Shown here one piece after another: positions 12,099-20,356 of a DNA stretch of 64,000 bases. A program made the position numbers and the translations under genes. This stretch comes from Escherichia phage KIT01. Numbering within the stretch: the stretch's first letter is position 1; every line of letters starts with the position of its first letter. Location: the sequence record AP019521.1, one strand, 5' to 3'. The notes under the pieces are model-generated. The model was not told the DNA's origin. It worked only from the letters and a program-made list of their open reading frames with translations, and made no database searches.

Positions 12099-12212
12099 AA
12101 ATCACCATAATAAATATAATTAAATAGAAGAGCTAGTAATCTTCTGTCACCAAGCCAAATGGTTTAACGGAAGGACCTAGACCCATTATAACACATCTAA
12201 ATTTAAAGCATA

Positions 12213-12434
12213 TTACTTTGAACTAGAACGCGCTTTGCGCCGAACCTTGTTGTTCAATCTTTTACGATAAACAACCTTTTCTTTCGATTTAAACTTGGCC
12301 TTGGCTTGTTCCACATCAACCCATGCTTTGGCCATGTCCTTAGCGGTACCACCTAATTTTTTAGCAATTTCTATAAAATTCAGTCCAGATTCGTGTAAAA
12401 AATGTACTTTAACCTTATCCATAACAATTCTCAT
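12213..12434 (-). CDS. Hypothetical small basic protein (possible helix-turn-helix; T4 24.x slot)
   Basis: 73-aa ORF with K/R-rich C-terminus; early-type promoter (GTTTAC-18-TAGTAT) immediately upstream on minus strand. Confidence 0.5.
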   Translation of the reverse strand: MRIVMDKVKVHFLHESGLNFIEIAKKLGGTAKDMAKAWVDVEQAKAKFKSKEKVVYRKRLNNKVRRKARSSSK

Positions 12435-12451
12435 ATTAAGTGCGTAAATCT

Positions 12452-12481
12452 ATACTACCATGAGAATTTTAACTTGTAAAC
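12452..12481 (-). promoter_or_regulatory. Early-type promoter for the small basic ORF at 12213-12434
   Basis: Reverse complement GTTTAC-N18-TAGTAT; overlaps the region just upstream of the collagen-like gene on the other strand. Confidence 0.45.
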
Positions 12482-12491
12482 AGGAAATTTT

Positions 12492-14054
12492 ATGGCACAA
12501 ACTACCGGTGAAAAAGAAGGCGTATTTTACGGTTATTCTCTTTATGATTTGAATAAAGAAAAACTAATAACCTTTGACGAATTACTTACAGGTATTAAAG
12601 GCGACGCTGGGGAAAATGGTGATATCGGTCCTCAAGGTCCTATTGGTTTACCTGGCCCGCAAGGTATCCAAGGTGAAGTTGGGCCTAAAGGTCCTAAAGG
12701 CGATATCGGTCTTCAGGGTATAGCAGGGCCTGCTGGTCCTCAAGGTCCACAAGGTGAACGAGGAATACAGGGCTTAACAGGACCACAAGGCCAAATAGGT
12801 ATTGCAGGGCCACAAGGCGTCAAAGGTGATACCGGTCCTCAAGGTCCTGTCGGCCCACAAGGTCCAGCAGGTGTACAAGGCGTACAAGGCGTCAAAGGTG
12901 ATACAGGTCCAGCAGGCCCTGCAGGTTTAACTTGGAAAGGAACTTGGGACTCAGCTACGGAGTATTCAATAAATGAAGCCGTAGGATATGGAGGTTCTTT
13001 GTATTTTGCTACAGAAACCGTGCCTGTCGGCGAAATCCCATCTTTAGCCTCCGACTATTGGGAAGTTTTGGCTACCGAAGGTCCAGAAGGTCCTCAAGGA
13101 CCACAAGGCATTCAGGGACCTATGGGTCCTCAGGGTATTCAAGGTCCTTTGGGTCCTGTAGGCCCGCAAGGTATCCAAGGACCAAGAGGCTTACAAGGAC
13201 CTGAAGGCGAAATAGGACCTCGTGGTTTGCAGGGGTTAAAAGGTGAAACAGGTGCTCAAGGACCGCAGGGCATTCAAGGGCTTAAAGGCGAGCCAGGGGC
13301 CCAGGGACCTGATGGTATTGGTTTAACTGGGCCTCAAGGACCAATTGGCCTTACAGGTCCAGCGGGCCCTCAGGGTATAAGAGGAGCCATAGGACCTAAA
13401 GGTGATACAGGTTTAACTGGTGCCCAAGGCGAGCAAGGTGCCCCAGGTGTTAAAGGTGATACCGGTCCTCAAGGATTACAAGGGGTTAAGGGAGATAAAG
13501 GGGATAAAGGAGATACTGGTGCCCAAGGATTACAAGGGGTTAAAGGAGATAAAGGAGACAAAGGAGATACCGCGCCTCATAATAAAGTATACTATTTAGG
13601 ACAAACCCCATGGTTCCACAACTCGTATGCTAAACATCAACTTCCAGGAACCAATGATTGGCGGATTACTGTAACAGGTACAACCAACTTTGAATCCTAT
13701 TCATCAGGTAACGTTAGAATAGGATTTTTTAATAATACTTCTGCATCCAGATCATGCACGTTTACATTGATTTCTTATGATGCTAACGGCTCACAGAAAA
13801 ATACAAAATACAATACTGTGCATAATGTTATGGTTCAAAGTTCTTATTATAAATTCTGGGGTGATAATGCCGATTCATTTATTATAGGCGGCACTTCTAA
13901 TATATGTGAAGGGTTTTTTACTGATAATGCCACCAATAAAACCTATCATATAAAATTTATAGGATTGGTCAAAGCCACAGCTACGGTACCAGGCAAATAT
14001 GTTCTTGAAGTTGAAGAGATTATTTCTGGTGGCGAACCTGTAAAATATTATTAA
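12492..14054 (+). CDS. Collagen-like repeat protein: two Gly-X-Y blocks split by a W/Y-rich module, plus a C-terminal globular domain
   Basis: 520-aa ORF; two long uninterrupted Gly-X-Y tracts (about aa 37-146 and 198-364); intervening [27 protein letters not shown]...DYWEVLA segment; AGGAAA ribosome-binding site before the ATG. Confidence 0.8.
   Translation: MAQTTGEKEGVFYGYSLYDLNKEKLITFDELLTGIKGDAGENGDIGPQGPIGLPGPQGIQGEVGPKGPKGDIGLQGIAGPAGPQGPQGERGIQGLTGPQGQIGIAGPQGVKGDTGPQGPVGPQGPAGVQGVQGVKGDTGPAGPAGLTWKGTWDSATEYSINEAVGYGGSLYFATETVPVGEIPSLASDYWEVLATEGPEGPQGPQGIQGPMGPQGIQGPLGPVGPQGIQGPRGLQGPEGEIGPRGLQGLKGETGAQGPQGIQGLKGEPGAQGPDGIGLTGPQGPIGLTGPAGPQGIRGAIGPKGDTGLTGAQGEQGAPGVKGDTGPQGLQGVKGDKGDKGDTGAQGLQGVKGDKGDKGDTAPHNKVYYLGQTPWFHNSYAKHQLPGTNDWRITVTGTTNFESYSSGNVRIGFFNNTSASRSCTFTLISYDANGSQKNTKYNTVHNVMVQSSYYKFWGDNADSFIIGGTSNICEGFFTDNATNKTYHIKFIGLVKATATVPGKYVLEVEEIISGGEPVKYY
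12600..13570 (+). repeat. Gly-X-Y triplet (collagen-type) coding repeats, two tracts split by a non-repeat module
   Basis: 9-nt periodicity of GGN-NNN-NNN codons visible directly in the sequence within the 12492-14054 ORF. Confidence 0.85.
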
Positions 14055-14064
14055 TGGAGGTTGA

Positions 14065-14928
14065 ATGGAACCGGTACAAGCTATATTAGAGCCTGGCGTA
14101 ATAGATGTAGAATATGGTAATACTTATTCAGCAACAGTAACTCTAACTCCTATAGAAAATATCCCAGATGGTTCCGTGATAAGATATGATTGGGTTGTTA
14201 ATAACAAGTTTGTTGGTACGGGTGAAGCTACTCGTACCACCCAACCATCTCAGACCGGAAATTATGTGTTATCATGTAGAGTATTCATTACCCCGCCTAA
14301 TGAAAATACTGTAATGATAACAACTAATAAATCATATGGGTATGTATATAAAAATTCTGATACAAGTCCAGTAGATGCAGAAATATTATACGATAATAAA
14401 ATATACCAAATAGGGAGCAAAGTTAGATTATTAGCTACGGCTAATAACCCCGATACTAACTATGTTAAAGGTATTATATGGAAGGATGCTGACGGGAATA
14501 TAATAGGTATAGGGCGGGAATATATCCATACAATGCAATCTGAATATGATATAGTTCGTGCTAAAGTCACAATGGATTCGCCTACTAGAGATGAATTCAG
14601 TAAGAACTTTACCATACATTTATATGCTATAAATGTTCAAGAAGGAACTTGTATAAGATACATTCATCCTTTAGACCATCGGGATGCTGGATTTATCTGG
14701 TGCGGATGGTGGGTTATGGATGAAGTTCAACGAGCAGTAAAACTTGGATTGGATTGGAAAAATCCTGAAGGAACTGAGTTAAATTATAAATGTGATTTAG
14801 AAACACTGTCATTATTGCTCAAAACATATCCTGAAGCTGAAGTTCAGGAATCAAGGCACGGGCATATAATAACCAGACCGCAAATTGAGTCCGGTGAAAT
14901 ATATGAAAAGCCATATGAAGTAAAATAA
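14065..14928 (+). CDS. Hoc-like paralog: Ig-like N-terminal region plus Hoc-type capsid-binding C-terminal domain
   Basis: 287 aa; C-terminal HPLDHRDAGFIWCGWWVMDEVQ...YPEAEVQESRHGHII aligns with canonical Hoc C-terminus (HPLPVRNSAYIWCGWWVMDEIQ...YPEVDVQESRNGYIV) encoded convergently downstream; GGAGG ribosome-binding site. Confidence 0.75.
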   Translation: MEPVQAILEPGVIDVEYGNTYSATVTLTPIENIPDGSVIRYDWVVNNKFVGTGEATRTTQPSQTGNYVLSCRVFITPPNENTVMITTNKSYGYVYKNSDTSPVDAEILYDNKIYQIGSKVRLLATANNPDTNYVKGIIWKDADGNIIGIGREYIHTMQSEYDIVRAKVTMDSPTRDEFSKNFTIHLYAINVQEGTCIRYIHPLDHRDAGFIWCGWWVMDEVQRAVKLGLDWKNPEGTELNYKCDLETLSLLLKTYPEAEVQESRHGHIITRPQIESGEIYEKPYEVK

Positions 14929-14933
14929 AAAAG

Positions 14934-14949
14934 GGACCTTACGGTCCCT
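14934..14949. terminator. Stem-loop gggacc-ttac-ggtccc between Hoc-like gene and hoc (same sequence as at 11067)
   Basis: aaaaagggaccttacggtcccttttattt: identical hairpin flanked by A/T runs, shared by convergent genes. Confidence 0.6.
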
Positions 14950-14954
14950 TTTAT

Positions 14955-16085
14955 TTATGGATAGAAATAAATTATTCCTGCCTCCAATGAGGTTTTGTGT
15001 ACGATATATCCATTACGAGATTCTTGTACATCAACCTCTGGATAGTCGGTAATCATTTTTTGAAGTGTATATCGGTGCAAATAATACGGGCTATCCGGGT
15101 CATCGGTTTTCCAGTCTTTGCCTTCAAGAGTCATTTTCTGGATTTCATCCATAACCCACCATCCACACCAGATATAAGCTGAATTGCGAACTGGCAATGG
15201 ATGTACATAAGGTAATTCACCATCTGGAACTGGTGCGACTTTAGCCGTGACTGTCACATTACCGGTTTTGGTAACGGTCGCAGGGTTATAATCAGTCGCC
15301 GAAACCACAACAGAAACTTCAATAACCTGTGAACCTTCAGTGTTTGTATCGATTGCTAGAGTATCTGTGGTACCAGCAATACCAATGCCATCTTTCTTCC
15401 AAGAATAAGCAAAAGTGGCACCACTAGGCGCACCTGCTACGGTAGCTTTAAAAGAAGCCGGAGTTCCTTCAGGTACATTAATAGAGGCTGGCGTTAAATT
15501 AACAGAAACCCCAGACATTGTTTTCTTAACAAAAGAAACCGTTATGCCTTTAGCAGCAGTTGCTGAACCGTATTCCGGAGAGGTAACAGTAACTTCACAA
15601 TTCAAGGTATAATTTGCTTCGGCTGCTTCAGTTAGTGTAATAGTTTTAGAGGTTTGGCCTGAAATTACGGTGGTATTTCGTTTCCAAACATAATTAATTG
15701 TTGCATCAGCAGGAGCACCGGTTACATTAGCCGTAACAACTTGGGATTGGCCGACTTCTTTAGAAACGGAAGTAGGGTCCAAAGCCAAAGAGATATCCAT
15801 AGTTTTATTAGATACGGTAACTTCAAAGGTGTCTTCGGCTGTCTCAAGAGGGCCCGCATCGCCAGGGTCAGAAGTTACTACTACTTTTATAACTTTCTTA
15901 CCCGCAGGAGCAGCACCCGTATATCTCAAAACATTAGTGGTTTCTGGGTTAGCAGCTCCATCAACGGTCCATACATATGCAATGGTTCCCCCTGTTACAA
16001 CTGGGTCGGTTGCGGTAGCAGTGTAATTAGCGCTTTCGCCTATTTTCATAGACGCTGCGCCGGCTATACTTACAGTAAAGGCCAT
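14955..16085 (-). CDS. hoc: Highly immunogenic outer capsid protein Hoc
   Basis: 376 aa, same length as T4 Hoc; near-identical C-terminal capsid-binding region (ELPYVHPLP...IWCGWWVMDEIQKMT...DWKTDDPDS) and Ig-like repeats. Confidence 0.9.
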   Translation of the reverse strand: MAFTVSIAGAASMKIGESANYTATATDPVVTGGTIAYVWTVDGAANPETTNVLRYTGAAPAGKKVIKVVVTSDPGDAGPLETAEDTFEVTVSNKTMDISLALDPTSVSKEVGQSQVVTANVTGAPADATINYVWKRNTTVISGQTSKTITLTEAAEANYTLNCEVTVTSPEYGSATAAKGITVSFVKKTMSGVSVNLTPASINVPEGTPASFKATVAGAPSGATFAYSWKKDGIGIAGTTDTLAIDTNTEGSQVIEVSVVVSATDYNPATVTKTGNVTVTAKVAPVPDGELPYVHPLPVRNSAYIWCGWWVMDEIQKMTLEGKDWKTDDPDSPYYLHRYTLQKMITDYPEVDVQESRNGYIVHKTSLEAGIIYFYP

Positions 16086-16094
16086 AGTTTACCC

Positions 16095-16772
16095 TTATTT
16101 TAAAGTGACAAAAGATGAATTACGCGTTTCACGTACTAATACTGAGCCATTACGATTGATGTAATAAATCAGACTGAATAATGTTTGGTGGGCTGAAGGA
16201 TGTTGGAAATCTTTAGGACGTTCTTTCCAATCAGGGGTTTCAGAAATCCATTGATAAATCCACCAAGGAACAGTACAGTAACCTGGGTTTTTACCAATAA
16301 GCAAAAGATTGGGACTAAAGTTTTCAGGGAGTTCAAATTTAGGTTTTTCTGATTCTTTAACCAAGGTTATAGCTTGATTGAATTTCTCTTCGACAAACGG
16401 GACATCCTCTTCAATAATCTCTACCTTAGGAAGTTCGGCTACCTCAACGACTTCAACAACTGCCTCAGGAGCATCGAACAACAGGGTGGCTTCTTCTTTA
16501 GCCGGTTCAGCACCATCAACAAATTCGTTAGCACCATTGAGTTCGTCGGCAGCATCAATCAAATCAGAAATAGACAAACCTTCGGTTTCCGGAAGTGGTT
16601 CGTCAGCCAAGGCTTTAAGACCTTCAGTGATATTGATAATCAAATTATCAACCGAACGGGTTTTCTTAAGTTTTAAACCGAACTGTTCACCGTATTCGAT
16701 TAACTTAGCTTTAGCTTCTTTTTTATCTTCGAGTGCACGAAGCTCTTCAATATATTGATGGTCCATAATCAT
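16095..16772 (-). CDS. inh: Inhibitor of prohead protease (Inh-like)
   Basis: 225-aa ORF adjacent to hoc in the T4 inh position; acidic middle region. Confidence 0.7.
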   Translation of the reverse strand: MIMDHQYIEELRALEDKKEAKAKLIEYGEQFGLKLKKTRSVDNLIINITEGLKALADEPLPETEGLSISDLIDAADELNGANEFVDGAEPAKEEATLLFDAPEAVVEVVEVAELPKVEIIEEDVPFVEEKFNQAITLVKESEKPKFELPENFSPNLLLIGKNPGYCTVPWWIYQWISETPDWKERPKDFQHPSAHQTLFSLIYYINRNGSVLVRETRNSSFVTLK

Positions 16773-16786
16773 TCTCTTTTCTAGTG

Positions 16787-16794
16787 TATAAATA
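16787..16794 (+). promoter_or_regulatory. Late promoter box TATAAATA (uvsW)
   Basis: TATAAATA about 28 nt upstream of the uvsW ATG. Confidence 0.45.
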
Positions 16795-16822
16795 TAACTA
16801 TATTTATAACTGAGAATTACTT

Positions 16823-18319
16823 ATGCAAATTCAAGTACATTTTGATAATTTTAGTCATGTTCGTGTTGAATGCGATGAATCTACATTCTACGAACTCAGA
16901 GACTATTTTAGCTTTGAAGCTGATGGATATAAATTCAACCCTAAATTTCGTTATGGGCAATGGGATGGACGTATTCGTCTTCTAGATTATAACCGTAAAC
17001 TGCCTTATGGACTCGTCCCTCAAATTAAAAAGTTCGCTGAACAATTTGAATACTCTCTGTGGATTGACCCACGTATTCTTGAACAGGAAGATATTTCTCG
17101 TGAAGATTTTGACTCATGGGTGGCTTCTCAAGAAATTTATTCAGGGTCTACCAAGATTGAGCCGCATTGGTATCAGAATGAAGCCGTATACAACGGCCTG
17201 ACAAAACGTCGCGCAATTCTGAATTTACCTACATCCGCAGGTAAATCATTAATCCAGGCACTCCTGAGTCGATATTACGTTGAGAACTATGAAGGTAAAA
17301 TCCTCATCTTAGTTCCTACTACTGCACTTGTCGACCAGATGATTAATGACTTCATCGATTATCGTTTGTTCCCTAAAGCCGCAATGCTTGGTATTCGTTC
17401 AGGTACCGCTCGTGATTCTGATGCAATGATTTACGTTTCGACTTATCAAACTGCTATTAAGCAACCTAAAGAATGGTTTGCTCAGTTTGGTATGTTTATG
17501 AACGACGAATGCCACTTGGCTACAGGTAAATCTATTTCTACCATCATCGAAGGCCTAACCAACTGTATGTTTAAATTCGGTTTGTCTGGTTCTTTAAAAG
17601 ATGGTAAAGCTAATTTAATGCAATATATGGGTTTGTTTGGTGATGTGTTTAAGCCAGTATCCACCTCCCAGTTAATGGAAGAAGGACAGGTTACAGACCT
17701 TAAAATCAACAGTATTTTCCTTCGATACCCGGACGAATTCACCGTTAAAATGAAAGGTAAAGATTACCAATCAGAAATTAAAGTCATTACTAAGGCTACT
17801 CGTCGTAATAAATGGGTTGCTAATTTAGCTGTTAAACTCGCTAAGAAAGAAGAGAACGTATTCCTGATGTTTAAAAACATTGAACACGGTAAAACTCTTT
17901 TTGAAATGGTTAAAGAGCAACATAAAGAAGTTTATTACGTATCAGGTGAAGTTAATACCGAAACGCGTAATGCTCTGAAAGTAATGGCGGAAAATGGTAA
18001 GGGTATTATTGTTGTGGCAAGTTATGGTGTGTTCTCTACTGGTATTTCCGTTAAGAACCTTCACCACGTTGTATTTGCCCATCCAGTAAAATCTAAAATC
18101 ATTGTACTCCAGACAATTGGTCGTGTACTCCGTAAACATGCCTCTAAATCAACAGCACAGGTGTGGGATATCATCGACGACATGGGTGTTAAGCCTAAAT
18201 CAGCTACGGCTAAAAAGAAATATGTTCATTTGAACTACGCCCTCAAACACGCTTTAGAACGTATTCAACGTTATGCTGATGAGAAATTTAATTACGTAAT
18301 GAAACAGGTGGATTTATGA
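16823..18319 (+). CDS. uvsW: UvsW helicase (SF2, recombination/repair)
   Basis: 498 aa; Walker A GKS (LPTSAGKSL), DECH box (MNDECH); TATAAATA box upstream; position matches T4 uvsW. Confidence 0.9.
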   Translation: MQIQVHFDNFSHVRVECDESTFYELRDYFSFEADGYKFNPKFRYGQWDGRIRLLDYNRKLPYGLVPQIKKFAEQFEYSLWIDPRILEQEDISREDFDSWVASQEIYSGSTKIEPHWYQNEAVYNGLTKRRAILNLPTSAGKSLIQALLSRYYVENYEGKILILVPTTALVDQMINDFIDYRLFPKAAMLGIRSGTARDSDAMIYVSTYQTAIKQPKEWFAQFGMFMNDECHLATGKSISTIIEGLTNCMFKFGLSGSLKDGKANLMQYMGLFGDVFKPVSTSQLMEEGQVTDLKINSIFLRYPDEFTVKMKGKDYQSEIKVITKATRRNKWVANLAVKLAKKEENVFLMFKNIEHGKTLFEMVKEQHKEVYYVSGEVNTETRNALKVMAENGKGIIVVASYGVFSTGISVKNLHHVVFAHPVKSKIIVLQTIGRVLRKHASKSTAQVWDIIDDMGVKPKSATAKKKYVHLNYALKHALERIQRYADEKFNYVMKQVDL

Positions 18320-18543
18320 AAACCTTTAAAGAAGTTATTCAGGAAGCATCTATTGAAAGCTTCATGGCTAAAATTGGTTCTTGTCAGACTATGGATGGTC
18401 TGAAGGAATTGGAAAAGTATTACAAAACTCGTAGTAAGGAAGCCGAACTTCGTGATTCGGACGATATTAGCGTGCGTGATGCATTGGCTGGTAAGAGAGC
18501 TGAATTGGAGTCGATGGACGACGAGGAAGAGGAAGATTTCTAA
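18316..18543 (+). CDS. uvsW.1: UvsW.1-like small acidic protein
   Basis: 75-aa ORF overlapping the uvsW stop (ATGA), followed by a stem-loop. Confidence 0.6.
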   Translation: MKTFKEVIQEASIESFMAKIGSCQTMDGLKELEKYYKTRSKEAELRDSDDISVRDALAGKRAELESMDDEEEEDF

Positions 18544-18551
18544 ACAAAAAA

Positions 18552-18573
18552 GGCCCAACCTTTCGGAAGGGCC
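18552..18573 (+). terminator. Stem-loop after uvsW.1
   Basis: ggcccaacctttcggaagggcc: nested GC stem with tetraloop. Confidence 0.5.
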
Positions 18574-18602
18574 AATAACCATAAATGGCTATACACACTA
18601 GA

Positions 18603-18770
18603 CTAAAGTAGTAATTGGGTTTCGTTCAGCTGTTCTTCAGTGTTTTCCGTAACTGGCAAGCTTTGAACGTAATTATAGCATGAGCCCGGATGAACCGGAC
18701 CTTTTTCTGTTTCAACAACCAATGCAGCATCGATTGGAGTTTTACAGACAACGCAAATCTTATCTGACAT
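18603..18770 (-). CDS. Hypothetical small Cys-containing protein (not in ORF track, below 60 aa)
   Basis: Manually translated 55-aa minus-strand ORF MSDKICVVCKTPIDAALVVETEKGPVHPGSCYNY...; coordinates approximate. Confidence 0.3.
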   Translation of the reverse strand: MSDKICVVCKTPIDAALVVETEKGPVHPGSCYNYVQSLPVTENTEEQLNETQLLL

Positions 18771-18893
18771 GATTGTCTCCTTAGTTTAACTTACATACCT
18801 ATTTATTACTTGCTAAAGCAGCATTAATGAATTCTTGGAGAAGTTTCATCTTATCGGCATCTACTTTAATGGGTTTGGTATTTTTAGTACGTC

Positions 18894-19325
18894 TCATTTT
18901 TCACCTGCTTCAAATTTCCTGAGCTCCAACATATTCTTTAACGAGAACCCTCTAGCTTTGACTGCATCAAGTGCTGAACTACAAAAGTCCTGTAATAAAG
19001 CCCAATACTGAATTGATGTATCGATTTTAATTACACTAGAATCCGCAGCCATAACGGTCTTTAATTCAGACTTCTCATATTGGTCCATACAAACCTCATC
19101 ACCAGGCTCTCCACGTCCCGTGTAGAAATCTAATCGCTTCTTAAGTGAGGTCTTTTTCTGGATTTCTAATCTCATTATTTCTTTCTTGCAATTCGTATAC
19201 AGCCTTAGCCATTTGCTGTGCAGCAAAACGTTGTTCTGTACTTCATATTGTAAACGAGTTCCATCAATCTTTAAATCCTCGTCTAATGCATCTTGAAACG
19301 ACTCCAACTTGTACTCAATTTCCAT
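18894..19325 (-). CDS. uvsY: Recombination mediator UvsY
   Basis: 143 aa; matches remembered T4 UvsY (KLQYE..NNV.L.SKWL...EKSE.KTV...D.S.QYW..L.DFCS.ALDA.K.RGF). Confidence 0.85.
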   Translation of the reverse strand: MEIEYKLESFQDALDEDLKIDGTRLQYEVQNNVLLHSKWLRLYTNCKKEIMRLEIQKKTSLKKRLDFYTGRGEPGDEVCMDQYEKSELKTVMAADSSVIKIDTSIQYWALLQDFCSSALDAVKARGFSLKNMLELRKFEAGEK

Positions 19326-19941
19326 TGTATTTCCTCATAAAAGTAATAACCATACCATCATACCACACTTCCGGATATTTGTGTTCTATTGCTATAGTTC
19401 TAAACCTTCTAGCTTTAGGCATTCCAGATTCTACCCATAATGAATACAGTTCATCCTCTTTATCCCAAGGTATATTTTTACTTCGTCTGTTTGGCCTTGG
19501 TACATCTTTAGCCCAATGGACCTGATGCTTGAATTTTTCCTTCATTGTTTTAGATTGCCGTTCTCTACCTATCTTAGTAGAAGGATTTTTCTTTCCTAAC
19601 ATAGGATGAACTTCCATTAATTGCCCGCCGACACCGCCTTTAGCTATATTAACACAATTACTAAATTTAATTTTGGCTTCGCCAACTAAGAGTTCTTCAA
19701 ACTCAGCATTCAATTCTAGGGTAGGTTGAACGGACAGAATATGTTTTACAAATCTAGTATTTGGGTTTTTCTTGGCAGATTTTATAAAAATACCAGACCC
19801 TAAATAACTATTATTTAGAGAAGTGCTGGTGTGCTTACCAAAATAGACCCAGTAATTATTATCTGTAAATATTTCTGTCATATAACAATAATGTATTTTA
19901 TCTCTCATCGCATGTTTCCTGTGTAATAACCATAGGACCAT
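19315..19941 (-). CDS. Putative free-standing homing endonuclease (GIY-YIG-like, Seg family)
   Basis: 208 aa; N-terminal HYCYMTEIF...YWVYFGKHTS resembles a GIY-(10-13 aa)-YIG module; basic C-terminal half; occupies the uvsY-25 junction. True start may be the internal ATG with an AGGAAA ribosome-binding site (about 19908). Confidence 0.5.
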   Translation of the reverse strand: MVLWLLHRKHAMRDKIHYCYMTEIFTDNNYWVYFGKHTSTSLNNSYLGSGIFIKSAKKNPNTRFVKHILSVQPTLELNAEFEELLVGEAKIKFSNCVNIAKGGVGGQLMEVHPMLGKKNPSTKIGRERQSKTMKEKFKHQVHWAKDVPRPNRRSKNIPWDKEDELYSLWVESGMPKARRFRTIAIEHKYPEVWYDGMVITFMRKYNGN

Positions 19942-19966
19942 TATACACTATTCATTTGAACAGCAA

Positions 19967-20356
19967 TTAACCACTCTGTGAGAGCTGGATTCTAATTTGC
20001 TCTAATGTATCAGGGTCATCAACTATACTAAACTGAACCGTTACTATAATCGAGTTATCATCGTACACGGGTGTCACACCTACAGCTAGAGCAGAAATTC
20101 TAGGTTCGAAGTTCCGCACGGCGGAAACTATATTACGCTTAATGGTATCCGTGATTAATGGGGTGATATTCTCAAACAATTGGTTACTGATGTCACAACC
20201 AAATTCCGGCATAAAAGGGCGTGAACCTTTGCGAGTAGTAATAATGCCTAACAAACTATTTTTTACTGCACGAGCACCTGTAGCTTTAGCGACGTCTCTA
20301 TTCCAAGACGTCCTCATTTCAGGGTCTAAATCTGAATACATTTTATTGATATTCAT
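19967..20356 (-). CDS. 25: Baseplate wedge protein gp25 (lysozyme-like GPW/gp25 family)
   Basis: 129-aa ORF at the T4 gene 25 position, abutting gene 26. Confidence 0.85.
   Translation of the reverse strand: MNINKMYSDLDPEMRTSWNRDVAKATGARAVKNSLLGIITTRKGSRPFMPEFGCDISNQLFENITPLITDTIKRNIVSAVRNFEPRISALAVGVTPVYDDNSIIVTVQFSIVDDPDTLEQIRIQLSQSG

Noticed and set aside
12213-12434. Small basic ORF as a transposase or integrase fragment marking a mobile-element boundary of the collagen cassette
   Set aside because: At 73 aa it has no catalytic motifs and no flanking inverted or direct repeats. It is more simply a 24.x-type early gene with its own promoter.
12600-13570. Short-period nucleotide repeats that could be taken for a CRISPR-like or satellite array
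   Set aside because: The periodicity is 9 nt (GGN-NNN-NNN) and lies wholly within a long ORF encoding Gly-X-Y triplets. There are no spacer-length unique segments and no repeat/spacer alternation.
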